DNA of 41,991 bases from an uncultured bacterium (GCA_965652925.1 CBFGXL010000006.1:1-41991); one strand, 5' to 3'; positions 26,421 through 38,068 are shown, numbered from the stretch's first letter. Made by a program: numbers and translations. The notes: generated from the letters alone by a model not told the origin.

Positions 26421-29234
26421 ATGGTAACGACTAAAAAAGTCGCACGTTCTGTACGTACAAAAAAGGCTGAAGCTTCAGCCCTGAAACGCTCGTCATCGAT
26501 AAAAAGTGGTGCGTCAAAAAAGATTAAAACTTCTTCACAGCCGGAAAAAACTGCACGTCTGAAGATCAAGAATAATGCCACCAAAAGTACACGTGCACAG
26601 ACGAAAACAAAATCTGAACAGCAGATCGCTTCTAAATTGGCACGAGTTGAAGCTCTGCATGCTAAAAAAAGCATACAGGAAAAAAGACAGGCACCATCAC
26701 TTTCAAAAACTAAACCAGTAGTTGCGCTCGCGCTCCTTTCCCCATATCGTTTCCCAGTACAGGTTGATCAATTGGCCCATGGGGCAGCTCGCTTTGGTGG
26801 AGTTTTCTTTGTAGTGCTTGGTGCTTTTTTCACAATGCTTTTTGCAAATGGTTCGTTTAACTACGCACTGCAAACTGCGTCACTTACCACAAGCACTTTT
26901 TCAACTATAGATGCAATCGGAAACACTGTAAGCGGGTGCAGCGGTTCAGGTTCGTGTGAGAATCCAGATACCAGACCATCGGTGTCATTTGATGTTGATG
27001 ATCGTGACCGTCTGACTGGAACTGCGCCTATAAATATCAAAGTGAAAAATGCACAGAGTGTAAAGCTTATGGCGTACTACAAAACGCAGGGACAAAATTA
27101 TACTCTTGGCACACTCAAGGCGACATCAGATGAGGTGTGGGAATTGCAATGGAATACAACGCAGTATGACGATGGTGAGTATAAGTTAAAAGCGCTCGTT
27201 CAGAATCAGTTTGGGACCTATGAGGTTTCTGATAATAACTATGTAGTAGTCGAGAATCATTCTCTTCCAGAAGAGTCTTCAAATCCAGTAGCAAACATCG
27301 TTGACACCACAACAGATTTGCTTGATGAAACTCTTGATGCAAAAGACGAAAGTTCTGAAGATGATGATTCTGGAGAAAACACAGATGATCAAACAAAAGA
27401 GGAAAATACAGCTGTTTCTGTCGGTCTCACATCGGACAAAAAAGAATCTTCTGACTCTTTCCGTTTTGAAATCACTGCTTCCGATGCAGACAAGGTGAAG
27501 GTGTATGCGAAAAATGTAAAAAGCAATGAACGAAAATTGCTTGGGTATGCCTATGAATCAGATGGATTGTGGAAATTCAAGTGGTTACTTGGGGGATTTG
27601 CCCCAGGAGAGTATCTCGTACAGGCCCTTGCACTTACTGACGGTGATGAGTATGCCTCTGATACTACCACTGTAAAAGTTATTGCTTTATCGACAGAAAC
27701 TTCAGCGATTACGAAACCAGTAGTTGATCTTATAGAAAATACTGTCAGCACAGATGATAAAGAGGTAGAGATAACTCCTGATGTTGCAATCAAAATACAT
27801 GCACCTTCTCCATTGCGCGGGATTGTACCAATACAAATAGCTGTTACAGGAGCTAGCAAGATAGAATTGTTTGCTGTCCCGCATAATTCACTTATTCAGC
27901 GTTATATTGGGGCGGCAAAAGCTGTTGATGATTCGATCTGGAAATTTGAATGGGATACTAAACAAATTCCGAATGGCGACTATAAGCTTGTAGCACTTGT
28001 GCATAACCTCTACGGAAGTTATTCAAAGGAGATTTCTGCTGGAAAAGTGCAAAATGAAGTCGTTGTAGTTTACACAGAACAACAGCAGCAGAAAGTTGAG
28101 ACTCTTACAGACATTGGAACAGCTGAACCAAAAGTGACCAGCATACCTTTGGTCCCACAAGTTGCTGAAGTACCACAAACCGAAACCTTGCCAGCAGAGC
28201 AAAACTCTGAAGTAGAGCCGGATGTTGCTGCGGAAGAAAATGTTGTGGTAACTCAGGAAAAGACTGTAGATATCCGTACACTTTTGGCTGATTTTCAATC
28301 GGAAATTGATGATGAATTAGACCGGCTTGCAGCTGCATTACGGGTGAAGGATACACAAGCTGTGGAAAGAACAAAAGAACGGCTTGAAACATTAAAAACT
28401 CGGATAACTCGGGCACATTTGCAAAATGAAGAAGAAGAAAAGCTAATAGCTGAGATTGATGCTTATTTGAAAGATGTCGTGGTTCGCGTTGAAGAAAATG
28501 TTAAAAAAGTTGAGAGAGTCATTGCAGAGCGAACACAAGAAAAGGCAAATCTTGACACTGATCAAGACGGCATTTCTGACTATGACGAGGTCACTATCTA
28601 CAGTACTGATCCATACACTGCAGACTCTGATAATGACGGCTTCCAGGACGGCGCTGAGATACTTAACGGCTATAACCCAATTGACGCTGTCTCAGAAGCA
28701 TTGATCGCTTATGAATCACCTAAATAAGCCGGTATTGTTCGGGAGGATATTCTGAAAGTTGATTCGGTTATAAGCGCAGAGAAGAATGAGGAAACTGATG
28801 CGGTACCGGCGGCAATCATCACTGGCAAGGCACTGCCAAACAGCTTTGTTACACTCTACATCTTTAGTACTCCAATTGTGGTGACTCTAAAAACAGACGC
28901 AGATGGCAGTTGGGCGTATCGTTTTGACAAGGAACTCGAAGATGGCGAACACGAAGTATACGTAGGAGTTACTGATAATGCCGGAAAGATCGTAGCAAAA
29001 AGCGAACCGTTTACCTTCGTGAAAGAGGCTGAAGCGTTTAGTGCTAATGAGCCTGTACCGCAAGTTTCTCAGACTACTGATGAGCGGGGTGCGTTTGCTT
29101 CACAATACATGGTGTATCTCGTTATTTCGATCTCAGTAGTTGCTATAGGTCTTGTCCTGATATTGCTTGGGCTCCATCTTGATGCTCGCCCCCGGAAGCT
29201 CGCTGCTGAATTAGAAGAAAGCACAGCTGTATGA
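26421..29234 (+). pseudogene. large membrane-anchored Ig-repeat/TSP3-like surface protein interrupted by a single in-frame TAA (28725-28727)
   Basis: Lys-rich N-terminus, TM, three Ig-like repeats, coiled coil and DxDxDG..D..E repeats. The frame stays open after the TAA (AGIVREDILK...ITGKALPNSFVTLYIFSTP) into ORF 28878..29234, which ends in a TM. Confidence 0.75.
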
Positions 29235-30577
29235 TATCGAGACTGCTTTTTGCGCTCCAAAAAGCAGCGCTCTATGTAAAGCAACATCCGCAAATATTGT
29301 TTGTCCTTATTCTGCTCATTGTTTTTCCGCTTTTATTTTTATATACGGGTCAGCAATTTCTTGATGTCGGGCGAGCCAATCAGGAACGGCTGCAGAAGGA
29401 CCGGGTCGGTCTGATGCATGACGCTTTTTCAGCTCTATTGCTGGGTACTGAACTTGATATAGAGGTCGTGCAAACAGAACTTCAGAAGTTTACGACTTTG
29501 AATCCTGATATCATTGATTACAAAATATCAAAAGCGGAGAATGGTAAGATCATTCCGCTCATTGCTTACAGAGCTGACGAAGTTGGGATGGCTCTAGAGT
29601 CAACTGATCTCTATAGAAACGCCTCTGTGCGTCTTGATGAGTCTATTATCTTTGAAACGCAAAATGAACAGGGAAGAGTATGGCTTGCGTATCGAGCGCT
29701 GGAAGCGCAAGATGGCAGCATATATTTCGTCTATACAGCATTGTCACTACAGCTTATTGATGATCTGTTTGCAGCACGCGAACGCAGCGCATATCTTTCT
29801 CTTATTTTCGTATATTTCTTCATTGCTGCACTTGCCTTTTGGCATATTAAACTCACTGATTATCGTTATCTCTATATCACAGCAAAAAAAGTAAATGAGA
29901 CCAAAGATCTCTTCACTAACATGATTGCACATGAGCTTCGGGCGCCGCTCACTGCTATCCGCGGCTATGCAGCTCTCATTGAGGAAAAAGTTGGCGATCC
30001 AGATCATAAGCAATATGCACAGCGGGTAAAAGACTCAGCGGAGCGTTTGATTGCCATAGTAAATGACCTGCTTGATGTTGCTCGTATCCAATCAGGCAAG
30101 CTTTCTGTTGATGCAGAAAACACTGACATAGCTGAGATTGCTTCGTCGGTAATAGAAGATCTTCGTGTTTCAGCAAAGGAAAAGGAGATTGAACTTAATT
30201 TTACTAAAGAAGGGAAAGACTTTACTGCAGTAGCTGATAGAAAACGGCTCTATCAAGCACTCACTAACCTTGTAAGTAATGCCATCAAGTACACGCCGCG
30301 TGGAAGCATAGAGATAGCGATTGAAGAAAAGGCTATGCTTATAGAATTGCGAGTGAAGGATACTGGAATGGGCATTTCGTCAGAAGATCAAAAAAAGCTT
30401 TTTGCTCCTTTCTTTCGGGTTGCAAGCACTGACGTGAGCAAGATAACTGGAACAGGTTTAGGAATGTGGATCACTAAAGAACTCATTGAACTTATGGGAG
30501 GAAAAGTTGGGGTTGAATCTATTAAAGGAGTAGGCACACATGTGGTAGTTACACTTCAGAAACAGTATTCGCAATAG
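29231..30577 (+). CDS. sensor histidine kinase
   Basis: Two TMs; H-box AHELRAPL, N-box NLVSNAIKYT, G1 DTGMGI, F-box LFAPFFR, G2 GTGLGM. Confidence 0.95.
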   Translation: MISRLLFALQKAALYVKQHPQILFVLILLIVFPLLFLYTGQQFLDVGRANQERLQKDRVGLMHDAFSALLLGTELDIEVVQTELQKFTTLNPDIIDYKISKAENGKIIPLIAYRADEVGMALESTDLYRNASVRLDESIIFETQNEQGRVWLAYRALEAQDGSIYFVYTALSLQLIDDLFAARERSAYLSLIFVYFFIAALAFWHIKLTDYRYLYITAKKVNETKDLFTNMIAHELRAPLTAIRGYAALIEEKVGDPDHKQYAQRVKDSAERLIAIVNDLLDVARIQSGKLSVDAENTDIAEIASSVIEDLRVSAKEKEIELNFTKEGKDFTAVADRKRLYQALTNLVSNAIKYTPRGSIEIAIEEKAMLIELRVKDTGMGISSEDQKKLFAPFFRVASTDVSKITGTGLGMWITKELIELMGGKVGVESIKGVGTHVVVTLQKQYSQ

Positions 30578-30647
30578 GAGAGCTTATCAGCTATAATCAT
30601 CATTATTACATCTTCACCGTCATGTGGAGAGGTGTTTATGTGGTTTT

Positions 30648-33281
30648 ATGGCTCAAAAGAAAGCAACAACAAAATGGGAAGGAAGAAACGATGAGAAGAT
30701 CGTTGTTCGCGGTGCTCGAACGCATAATCTCAAGAATATTGATGTAGAAATGCCCCGCGGGAAAATGATTGCTATCACAGGGCCATCTGGCTCAGGGAAA
30801 TCATCTCTTGCCTTCGATACTATATTTGCTGAAGGACAGAGACGTTATGTGGAATCACTTTCACCGTATGCTCGGCAATTTCTCAACAAAATGCAGAAAC
30901 CTGACGTTGATGAAATTGCAGGACTCTCTCCTGCGATCTCTATTGACCAGAAGTCTGCAAGCCGCAACCCGCGATCGACAGTGGCAACCATCACTGAGAT
31001 CTATGACTATCTGCGCATCCTCTATGCTCGGGTTGGACAGCCATACTGTCTTGATGATGATGTGCCTATCCAAAAACTGTCACAGGATGAGATCTTGAAC
31101 CTTATTCTTCGTTCAATTGAGGAAAGAGAAGTAAAAGGAGCTGAACAAAAGGAGCGCGTGATGGGTATCGAGCTTTCTAAAGGTCGCGTTGCAGTCTTTT
31201 CTCCTGTTGTTGTTGGCCGAAAAGGCGAATACTATCAGCTTTTATACGATTTGCTTGGCAAAGGGTATGAAACGGTAAAGATCGATGGTGAAATAAAGCA
31301 GCTTCGTGAAAAGATCGTGCTTTCAAAAACACATCGTCATGATATTGATGTTCTTATTGACGAGATATTTGTGAGCGAGTTCTCCAGTGATCCGAAGAAT
31401 TCACGTGAACGTCTTTCTGAGGCTGTGGAGCTCGCACTGGCGCAATCAAATGGTTTAGTCAAAATAGAAAGCCCTGATGGTACAGAACGTACGCTTTCTG
31501 CAAAGTTCATCTGTCCTATTGATGGATCTTCATTTCCTGAAGTCGAGCCTCGCCTCTTTTCTTTTAATTCTCCATATGGTGCATGTCCAGAATGCAATGG
31601 ACTCGGAGTAGTTGGTATCTTCCAAAATGACGTATGTCCTTCATGTAATGGCGCACGTCTGCGCAAGGAGGCACTTCGCGTTTATCTCGGTGGCGATGGC
31701 AAAAAACATCTCGGTTTGAATATTGTGGACTTCACCTCAATGACCGTAAAAGAAGCTGCGGACTTTATTGCACAACTGAAGCTCTCAAAAAAGCAGCAGG
31801 ATATTGCCTGGCCTGCTCTTCGTGAAATTATTGAACGGCTCGAGTTCATGAACAACGTAGGCATCGAATACCTCACGCTTGACCGTCGTGCAAACACCCT
31901 CTCGGGAGGCGAAGCGCAGCGCATTCGTCTAGCGTCGCAGCTTGGAAGCGGGCTTGTTGGAGCGTTGTACGTGCTTGATGAGCCGACCATCGGACTGCAT
32001 CAGAGGGACAATGATAAGCTTATTAAAACGCTAACGGAATTGCGGGACCTGGGGAATACTATCCTTATTGTTGAGCATGATGAAGACACGATTTATGCGT
32101 CTGACTATTTAGTTGATATCGGACCAGGAGCAGGAGTGCACGGAGGGGAAGTTGTTGTCTCAGATTATTTGGAACCGCTGCTTAAAGCTCCTGCAAATGA
32201 CTCTTTGTCTATTACGCTTGATTATCTGCGGGGAGATAAAAAGATTGAGGTACCAGGCCGGCGGACCGGTGAGAAAGGATCGATCAAAATACGTGGAGGA
32301 AAAGCTTTCAATATCAAAAATCTCAATGTCGATATTCCGCTCGGGCGCCTGATCACCATAACCGGAGTCTCAGGATCGGGGAAGTCCACTTTTATGTATG
32401 AGATTTTGTATAAGAATCTCCGTTCACGTCTCGAAAAGAAATACCGGACACCGCATACCTACAACTGTAAGACTTTTTCAGGTACAGAATACCTCGGGCG
32501 CGCGATACTCATTGATCAATCGCCTATTGGGCGCACACCACGCTCAAATCCTGCTACATACACTGGCGCTTTTACTCATATTCGAGATATGTTTGCTGCT
32601 TCGGGAGAGGCACGGGCTCGCGGGTGGAAGCCGGGCCGCTTCTCTTTCAACGTTAAAGGAGGCCGCTGTGAGGCGTGTCAGGGCAATGGAGAAATTGCTG
32701 TGGAGATGCATTTTCTTCCAACGGTGTTTGTGACGTGCGACGTATGTGATGGGAAGCGATTTACCAAAGAAACGCTTGAAGTAACTTACAAAGGTAAAAA
32801 TATTGATGAGGTCCTCCACATGACCATCGAAGAATCAGTTGCCTTCTTTAAGGATGTGCCATCGATCAACGAACGTTTGCAGACACTGCTTGACGTTGGT
32901 TTGGGATACCTGCAGCTTGGACAAAGTGCGACAACCCTTTCAGGTGGAGAAGCGCAGCGTGTGAAGATCGCTTCCGAGCTCTACCGTCCGCATACACAGA
33001 AATCTATCTACTTGCTTGATGAACCGACTATTGGTCTTCACTACACTGATGTGAAAAAACTTATTGAGATCCTGCAGGAACTCGTAATGCGTGGTAACAC
33101 CGTGGTGGTTATTGAGCACAATCTGGATCTCGTTAAGTCAGCTGACTATGTCCTCGATATCGGACCTGAAGGGGGAATCGGCGGTGGCAATTTGATCGCA
33201 AAAGGGACTCCGGAAGAAGTTGCTGAAGTGGCGGCATCACATACAGGAAAGTATCTGAAAAAGCACCTCCGAAAAAAATAA
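30648..33281 (+). CDS. uvrA: excinuclease ABC subunit A
   Basis: [32 protein letters not shown], two LSGGEAQR motifs, GVSGSGKS and Zn fingers. Likely start ATG 30648. Confidence 0.97.
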   Translation: MAQKKATTKWEGRNDEKIVVRGARTHNLKNIDVEMPRGKMIAITGPSGSGKSSLAFDTIFAEGQRRYVESLSPYARQFLNKMQKPDVDEIAGLSPAISIDQKSASRNPRSTVATITEIYDYLRILYARVGQPYCLDDDVPIQKLSQDEILNLILRSIEEREVKGAEQKERVMGIELSKGRVAVFSPVVVGRKGEYYQLLYDLLGKGYETVKIDGEIKQLREKIVLSKTHRHDIDVLIDEIFVSEFSSDPKNSRERLSEAVELALAQSNGLVKIESPDGTERTLSAKFICPIDGSSFPEVEPRLFSFNSPYGACPECNGLGVVGIFQNDVCPSCNGARLRKEALRVYLGGDGKKHLGLNIVDFTSMTVKEAADFIAQLKLSKKQQDIAWPALREIIERLEFMNNVGIEYLTLDRRANTLSGGEAQRIRLASQLGSGLVGALYVLDEPTIGLHQRDNDKLIKTLTELRDLGNTILIVEHDEDTIYASDYLVDIGPGAGVHGGEVVVSDYLEPLLKAPANDSLSITLDYLRGDKKIEVPGRRTGEKGSIKIRGGKAFNIKNLNVDIPLGRLITITGVSGSGKSTFMYEILYKNLRSRLEKKYRTPHTYNCKTFSGTEYLGRAILIDQSPIGRTPRSNPATYTGAFTHIRDMFAASGEARARGWKPGRFSFNVKGGRCEACQGNGEIAVEMHFLPTVFVTCDVCDGKRFTKETLEVTYKGKNIDEVLHMTIEESVAFFKDVPSINERLQTLLDVGLGYLQLGQSATTLSGGEAQRVKIASELYRPHTQKSIYLLDEPTIGLHYTDVKKLIEILQELVMRGNTVVVIEHNLDLVKSADYVLDIGPEGGIGGGNLIAKGTPEEVAEVAASHTGKYLKKHLRKK

Positions 33282-33295
33282 AAAGACAAAAGCGG

Positions 33296-33598
33296 CTAGG
33301 CCGCTTTTTGAGTTCGTGTTTGGTACTTCTTTTTCCGCATTGAAATCTTATACAGAAAGTTTTGGCACGTGAGTGCCTGGCGCACATGGAGCAGGTCGTC
33401 CCAGAGCGGATCGCTTTGGCCTGCTCTAAAGTGAGCGGGAAGAAGCTTTGTGTCCTTTGGTTTCTTCTGATAGAACCATTCGAAGATAAGCTCCCAGATC
33501 ACCACATTGTACGGGTCTTCTTCTACGGCGACCCTTGCATAGGGGTCTTGTTTATAGAAGGCAAGAAGTGAAACGAGCGTGTTTTTGTTAATGAGCAC
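33296..33598 (-). CDS. small hypothetical protein
   Basis: Fills the uvrA-uvrC gap. GGAGG lies 5 nt before the GTG, with an extended -10 (TGTTATACT) upstream on the minus strand. Confidence 0.6.
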   Translation of the reverse strand: MLINKNTLVSLLAFYKQDPYARVAVEEDPYNVVIWELIFEWFYQKKPKDTKLLPAHFRAGQSDPLWDDLLHVRQALTCQNFLYKISMRKKKYQTRTQKAA

Positions 33599-33651
33599 GT
33601 ATGCCTCCGAAGTGAGGGGAAACTCTAAAAATATAGTATAACATAGTACCT

Positions 33652-34887
33652 ATGGATAAAGAGAAGCTTGCAAAGCAGAAGCTACCAGATGAGCCAGGTG
33701 TTTATTTCTTTTTGGGTTCTAAAAAGGAAATCCTTTACATTGGTAAGGCAACTTCACTTCGCAATCGCGTGCGCAGTTATTTTGCAAAAGATGTTGCAAC
33801 AAAGCGTTCAAAACTCATTGAACAAATGGTTACAGAGGCAAAGTCGGTTGATGTCACTAAAACTGATTCTGTTCTGGAGGCACTTATTCTTGAATCCAAC
33901 CTTATCCGCACACATAAGCCGAAGTACAACTCCATTTCAAAAGATGATAAGAGTTACAACCATCTCATTATCACTAAAGAAGAGTACCCTCGCGTGCTCG
34001 TGGTGCGCGGCAAAGATCTGGTGAGCAAATATTCTGAAGAGGATATTCAGTATCACTTCGGCCCTTTTACGTCTGGCCTTTTGTTCCGTGAAGCACTAAA
34101 GATAGTGCGCCGATTATTTAAGTTCTATGATACTAAAGTTCCCGTGGGACAGGAACGCTCCAAACTGTCTCGGGGAGTTATTGATTTCAACAAGCAGATC
34201 GGTTTATACCCAAGCGAAGAAAATAAAAAAGCATATGCACGTACCATCCGCTATGTCCGCCTTTTTTTTGAGGGCAAAAAAAAGCAGATAATTACTGAGT
34301 TGGAAAAAGAGATGATGCGTTTAGCCAAAGATGAGCGTTTTGAAGAAGCGAATATCATCAAACACAAGATATTTGCGCTGCAACATATTCAAGACGTAGC
34401 TTTGCTGAAGAATGATGTCAGGACCTTCAAAGATGATAGGAATGCACGTCTTGAAGCCTACGATGTAGCGCATCTGGGTGGACAAGATATGGTCGGAGTC
34501 ATGACGGTTGTAGAAGGTGGTGAACGTAAGCCGCATGAATACCGAAAGTTCAAGATTAAAAGCGTCAATGGTAGCAACGACACGGCGGCGCTTAAAGAGA
34601 TCCTCACCCGGAGGCTTTCTCACCTAGAGTGGCCGCTGCCGCAGATCATTGTCGTTGACGGCAGTACAGCCCAAAAAAATGCTGCTGAACATGTCCTGCG
34701 AAAGTTTGAACTGCTTATTCCTGTGGTGGCGGTAGTAAAAGACGAGCGCCATCGCCCTACGAGACTGATTGCTGCAAAGAAGCTTTTGGAAGCGTACCAA
34801 AATGATATACTGCTTTCCAACGCTGAGGCGCACCGCTTTGCCATCGGCTACCATAAAGAAAAAAGAAATAAACGCGCATTATTATAA
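33652..34887 (+). CDS. uvrC: UvrC-like excinuclease (short form)
   Basis: GIY-YIG (PGVYFF..LYIGKA..LR.RV.SYF), UVR domain and RNase H-like domain (EAYDVAH, VVDG, EAHRFAI.YH). No C-terminal HhH. Confidence 0.9.
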   Translation: MDKEKLAKQKLPDEPGVYFFLGSKKEILYIGKATSLRNRVRSYFAKDVATKRSKLIEQMVTEAKSVDVTKTDSVLEALILESNLIRTHKPKYNSISKDDKSYNHLIITKEEYPRVLVVRGKDLVSKYSEEDIQYHFGPFTSGLLFREALKIVRRLFKFYDTKVPVGQERSKLSRGVIDFNKQIGLYPSEENKKAYARTIRYVRLFFEGKKKQIITELEKEMMRLAKDERFEEANIIKHKIFALQHIQDVALLKNDVRTFKDDRNARLEAYDVAHLGGQDMVGVMTVVEGGERKPHEYRKFKIKSVNGSNDTAALKEILTRRLSHLEWPLPQIIVVDGSTAQKNAAEHVLRKFELLIPVVAVVKDERHRPTRLIAAKKLLEAYQNDILLSNAEAHRFAIGYHKEKRNKRALL

Positions 34888-34919
34888 CTTTACGAGCAGG
34901 TGATTCGTTATAGAGCACT

Positions 34920-35774
34920 ATGGAAACAAAGATTGGATTTATTGGACAGGGATGGATTGGCAAGCATTATGCAGATGAATTTGAATCACGCATGTACAGT
35001 GTTGTGCGGTATTCGCTTGAAGAGCCATATATTCATAATAAAGACCTCATCCAGGAATGCGAAGTAGTTTTTATTGCAGTACCGACACCAACAACCGAAG
35101 AGGGGTTTGATGAATCCATTGTTCGTGAAGCACTCACGCTTATTGGCAATGGAAAGACCGCTGTCATAAAATCCACTCTTCTTCCAGGAATCACTGAGAA
35201 GCTTCAGGCTGAATTTCCTGATATTTTCGTTCTGCATTCGCCTGAGTTTTTGGTTGAAAAAACTGCTGCATATGATGCAGCAAAACCAAAGCGGAATCTT
35301 GTCGGTATCCCTATTGTCAGTGATGAATATAAAACGAAGGCTGAAGCTATACTTCGCATTCTTCCTGAAGCACCATATAACAATGTAATGTATTCCCGGG
35401 ATGCTGAAATGGTGAAATATGCAGGCAATTGTTTCCTTTTCAGTAAGGTTCTTTTTATGAACCTCCTCTATGATCTAGTGGAAAAAACTGGGTGCAACTG
35501 GGAAATGGTTCGCGAAGCAATGGTCCATGATCCACGAATCGGTGAAAGCCACACACAACCAATCCATTCTTCGGGACGCGGTGCAGGCGGGCATTGTTTT
35601 ATTAAGGACTTTGAAGCATTTAGACGGTTGTATCTCTCTGAAGTGGGTGATACACAGGGGGCGGAGGTGCTTACAACAATGGCTCAAAAGAACATCGCGC
35701 TTTTGCTTGAGAGCAACAAAGACCTCGATTTGCTTGAGGGTGTATACGGTCCCGATTTTTCTGTTGAAAGGTAG
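34920..35774 (+). CDS. UDP-glucose/GDP-mannose dehydrogenase family protein (short form)
   Basis: GQGWIG, IAVPTP, IKST..PG, SPEFL.E, AEMVKY..N, DPRIG and GAGGHCF.KD. Lacks the C-terminal UDP-binding domain. Confidence 0.88.
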   Translation: METKIGFIGQGWIGKHYADEFESRMYSVVRYSLEEPYIHNKDLIQECEVVFIAVPTPTTEEGFDESIVREALTLIGNGKTAVIKSTLLPGITEKLQAEFPDIFVLHSPEFLVEKTAAYDAAKPKRNLVGIPIVSDEYKTKAEAILRILPEAPYNNVMYSRDAEMVKYAGNCFLFSKVLFMNLLYDLVEKTGCNWEMVREAMVHDPRIGESHTQPIHSSGRGAGGHCFIKDFEAFRRLYLSEVGDTQGAEVLTTMAQKNIALLLESNKDLDLLEGVYGPDFSVER

Positions 35775-35809
35775 CAACCTTACTCACACAGTGGGTGTGA
35801 TAAAATACA

Positions 35810-36790
35810 ATGGTGTTCACTACTTCTCACAAAAAAAGAGTTGCAGTTTTGCGCGGCGGTCCAAGCACTGAATATGATGTATCTATGCAGACAGGAAGCG
35901 GTGTGATCGATGCGCTTACTGCCGAAGGATATGACGTGAAGGATATTATTATCAGCCGTAAAGGTGAGTGGCTGCTCCATGGATTTGTGAAGCAGCCAGT
36001 ACATGCGCTTCTTGATGTTGATGCAGTTTTTATTGCTCTCCATGGTGCATACGGCGAAGATGGCACTGTGCAGCGTATTCTGGAACGTTTGCATATTCCA
36101 TATACAGGAAGTGATGCGTACGCTTCAGCGCTAGCAATGAATAAATCTCTCACAAAGGATTATCTGAAAAAACATGTCCCCTCAATAAAGATGGCACCTC
36201 ATCTGAAGATCACGCGTTCCGGCACTGCAAATCTCGCTCAGGTGGTACATACTGTTGGTGAATTATTCGGACCTGAGTATGTCATCAAGCCGATCAGTGG
36301 AGGTTCCTCAATTGGCACTCTTCTTGCAACAAAAGCAGACCTGCACCGGGCTGTTGATCATGCTTTTGCTGACAATGAAGAACTCCTGATTGAAAAACGC
36401 ATTATAGGCAAGGAAGCTACTGTAGGGATCCTTGAAGGTTTCAGAGACATAAAACATTATCCGCTTCCTCCTATTGAGATAGTCCCGCCTGCCTCTGCCA
36501 GCTTTTTCTCACATGATGTGAAATATTCGGGAGAGACAGAGGAGATATGTCCAGGACGTTTTTCTCGCGCTGAAAAAGACGAGCTCATGGAGATCGCTAC
36601 ACAGGTGCATACTGCACTCGGTCTGCGCCAATACTCACGCTCTGATTTCATTGTGGCGGAGGACGGTATCTATTTCCTTGAAGTAAACACACTTCCTGGT
36701 CTGACTGCGCAGTCCCTTTTCCCGCGATCTATGGAGGCTGTTGGCAGCTCGTATAAAGAACTCGTTGTCCATTTGCTCTCTACTCTATGA
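35810..36790 (+). CDS. ddl: D-alanine--D-alanine ligase
   Basis: GGPSTEYDVS, LHG.YGEDG.VQ, PYTGS, KP..GGSSIG, EVNTLPGLT..SLFP. Confidence 0.95.
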   Translation: MVFTTSHKKRVAVLRGGPSTEYDVSMQTGSGVIDALTAEGYDVKDIIISRKGEWLLHGFVKQPVHALLDVDAVFIALHGAYGEDGTVQRILERLHIPYTGSDAYASALAMNKSLTKDYLKKHVPSIKMAPHLKITRSGTANLAQVVHTVGELFGPEYVIKPISGGSSIGTLLATKADLHRAVDHAFADNEELLIEKRIIGKEATVGILEGFRDIKHYPLPPIEIVPPASASFFSHDVKYSGETEEICPGRFSRAEKDELMEIATQVHTALGLRQYSRSDFIVAEDGIYFLEVNTLPGLTAQSLFPRSMEAVGSSYKELVVHLLSTL

Positions 36791-37281
36791 AACAGCCAAA
36801 ATTATTAAACGGAAGAGAATTGAAAACTGCCCTTAAAATGCTTGAAGGGTGGAAGGTGAATCCAAAGGGAACAGCGCTCTTGTATGTTGCTTCATTTAAA
36901 AATCACATTGATGCCCTTGTGTTCATTGCCCGCGTCACGGTCAACGCTCAAGTCGCCAATACTCACGCTCTGATTTCATTGTGGCGGAGGACGGTATCTA
37001 TTTCCTTGAAGTAAACACACTTCCTGGTCTGACTGCGCAGTCCCTTTTCCCGCGATCTATGGAGGCTGTTGGCAGCTCGTATAAAGAACTCGTTGTCCAT
37101 TTGCTCTCTACTCTATGAAACAGCCAAAATTATTAAACGGAAGAGAATTGAAAACTGCCCTTAAAATGCTTGAAGGGTGGAAGGTGAATCCAAAGGGAAC
37201 AGCGCTCTTGTATGTTGCTTCATTTAAAAATCACATTGATGCCCTTGTGTTCATTGCCCGCGTCACGGTCAACGCTCAAGT
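36626..37281 (+). repeat. tandem direct duplication, 328-bp unit (36626-36953 and 36954-37281)
   Basis: Copies appear identical by eye, and ORF starts are offset by 328 (36787 vs 37115). Confidence 0.95.
36787..37014 (+). pseudogene. truncated chimeric copy of pterin carbinolamine dehydratase
   Basis: Identical to the 5' part of 37115..37417 up to 36953, then reads out-of-frame ddl sequence; lacks the HHP motif. Confidence 0.7.
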
Positions 37282-37417
37282 TCTTGATCACCACCCTGAC
37301 TTACTGTTTACGTACAAGAAAGTAAAAGTCACTCTCACTACAAAAGATGCAAAAGGTATCACAAAAAAAGATATTGAACTTGCAAAGAGAATAAGTACTG
37401 TACGCAAAAGTGGATAA
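37115..37417 (+). CDS. pterin-4-alpha-carbinolamine dehydratase family protein
   Basis: L.GW, F.....A..F, DHHPD....Y..V...LTT...GIT.KD..LA. The third conserved His appears replaced by Lys. Confidence 0.88.
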   Translation: MKQPKLLNGRELKTALKMLEGWKVNPKGTALLYVASFKNHIDALVFIARVTVNAQVLDHHPDLLFTYKKVKVTLTTKDAKGITKKDIELAKRISTVRKSG

Positions 37418-37456
37418 AGCAACTGTATGCACAAAGCGGTGCTATAATTTTTACAT

Positions 37457-38056
37457 ATGGAAGGAACTCGACATGAACGCATTGCTCTTGTTATTGCAGC
37501 ATATGTGATTGGTTTCATCACAGCATTCATTGCATTCGGCGTGGGGAATGTTAGTCAAACAGATATTGATTCAACCGGTGTGGTAAAAAATGCAACAGCA
37601 CAACAAATACAATCTGAAAGGAAAAAGACAAGCGTTGGTATTGGGGAAGATGGTCTGTTTGTGATCACTGCACAAGGTGAACGAATGCTCTCCGCAAACA
37701 TGCAGTCACTGGGAGCCAATATCATCGCCAGTGCAAATGGTGAGCCGGGATTTTACTTCAGCATTATTGATGCTGAAGCATCACCTAACGGGACATACGT
37801 TTACTTCTGCGAGCAGCTTACTGAAAAGTCTGAGGTTTGTGACCCTTATATTTACTCATTGCAGTCTGATACTATCTATCCGGTTAAGGTAGATGGAGAC
37901 CGTTATGAAGCTTCAATAGCTGACCATAATTCAGCCTGGATGGATGAAAGTACACTTGTGCTCAATGGGGCAACATCGCTTGATCAGATGAAACCGTGGC
38001 TTCTGACTAAAGGGGTAACTGAGACATCATCAGAAGAGGCAATATTTGTGCAATAG
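37457..38056 (+). CDS. membrane-anchored hypothetical protein
   Basis: N-terminal TM; SPNG.YVYFC blade-like motif with a Cys pair. Confidence 0.7.
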   Translation: MEGTRHERIALVIAAYVIGFITAFIAFGVGNVSQTDIDSTGVVKNATAQQIQSERKKTSVGIGEDGLFVITAQGERMLSANMQSLGANIIASANGEPGFYFSIIDAEASPNGTYVYFCEQLTEKSEVCDPYIYSLQSDTIYPVKVDGDRYEASIADHNSAWMDESTLVLNGATSLDQMKPWLLTKGVTETSSEEAIFVQ

Positions 38057-38068
38057 ACAGCTATATTG

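Noticed and set aside
28725-28727. Stop-codon reassignment (alternative genetic code)
   Set aside because: TAA, TAG and TGA all end other genes at expected positions (e.g. uvrA, tgt, ddl), and Trp is TGG. This is an isolated case.
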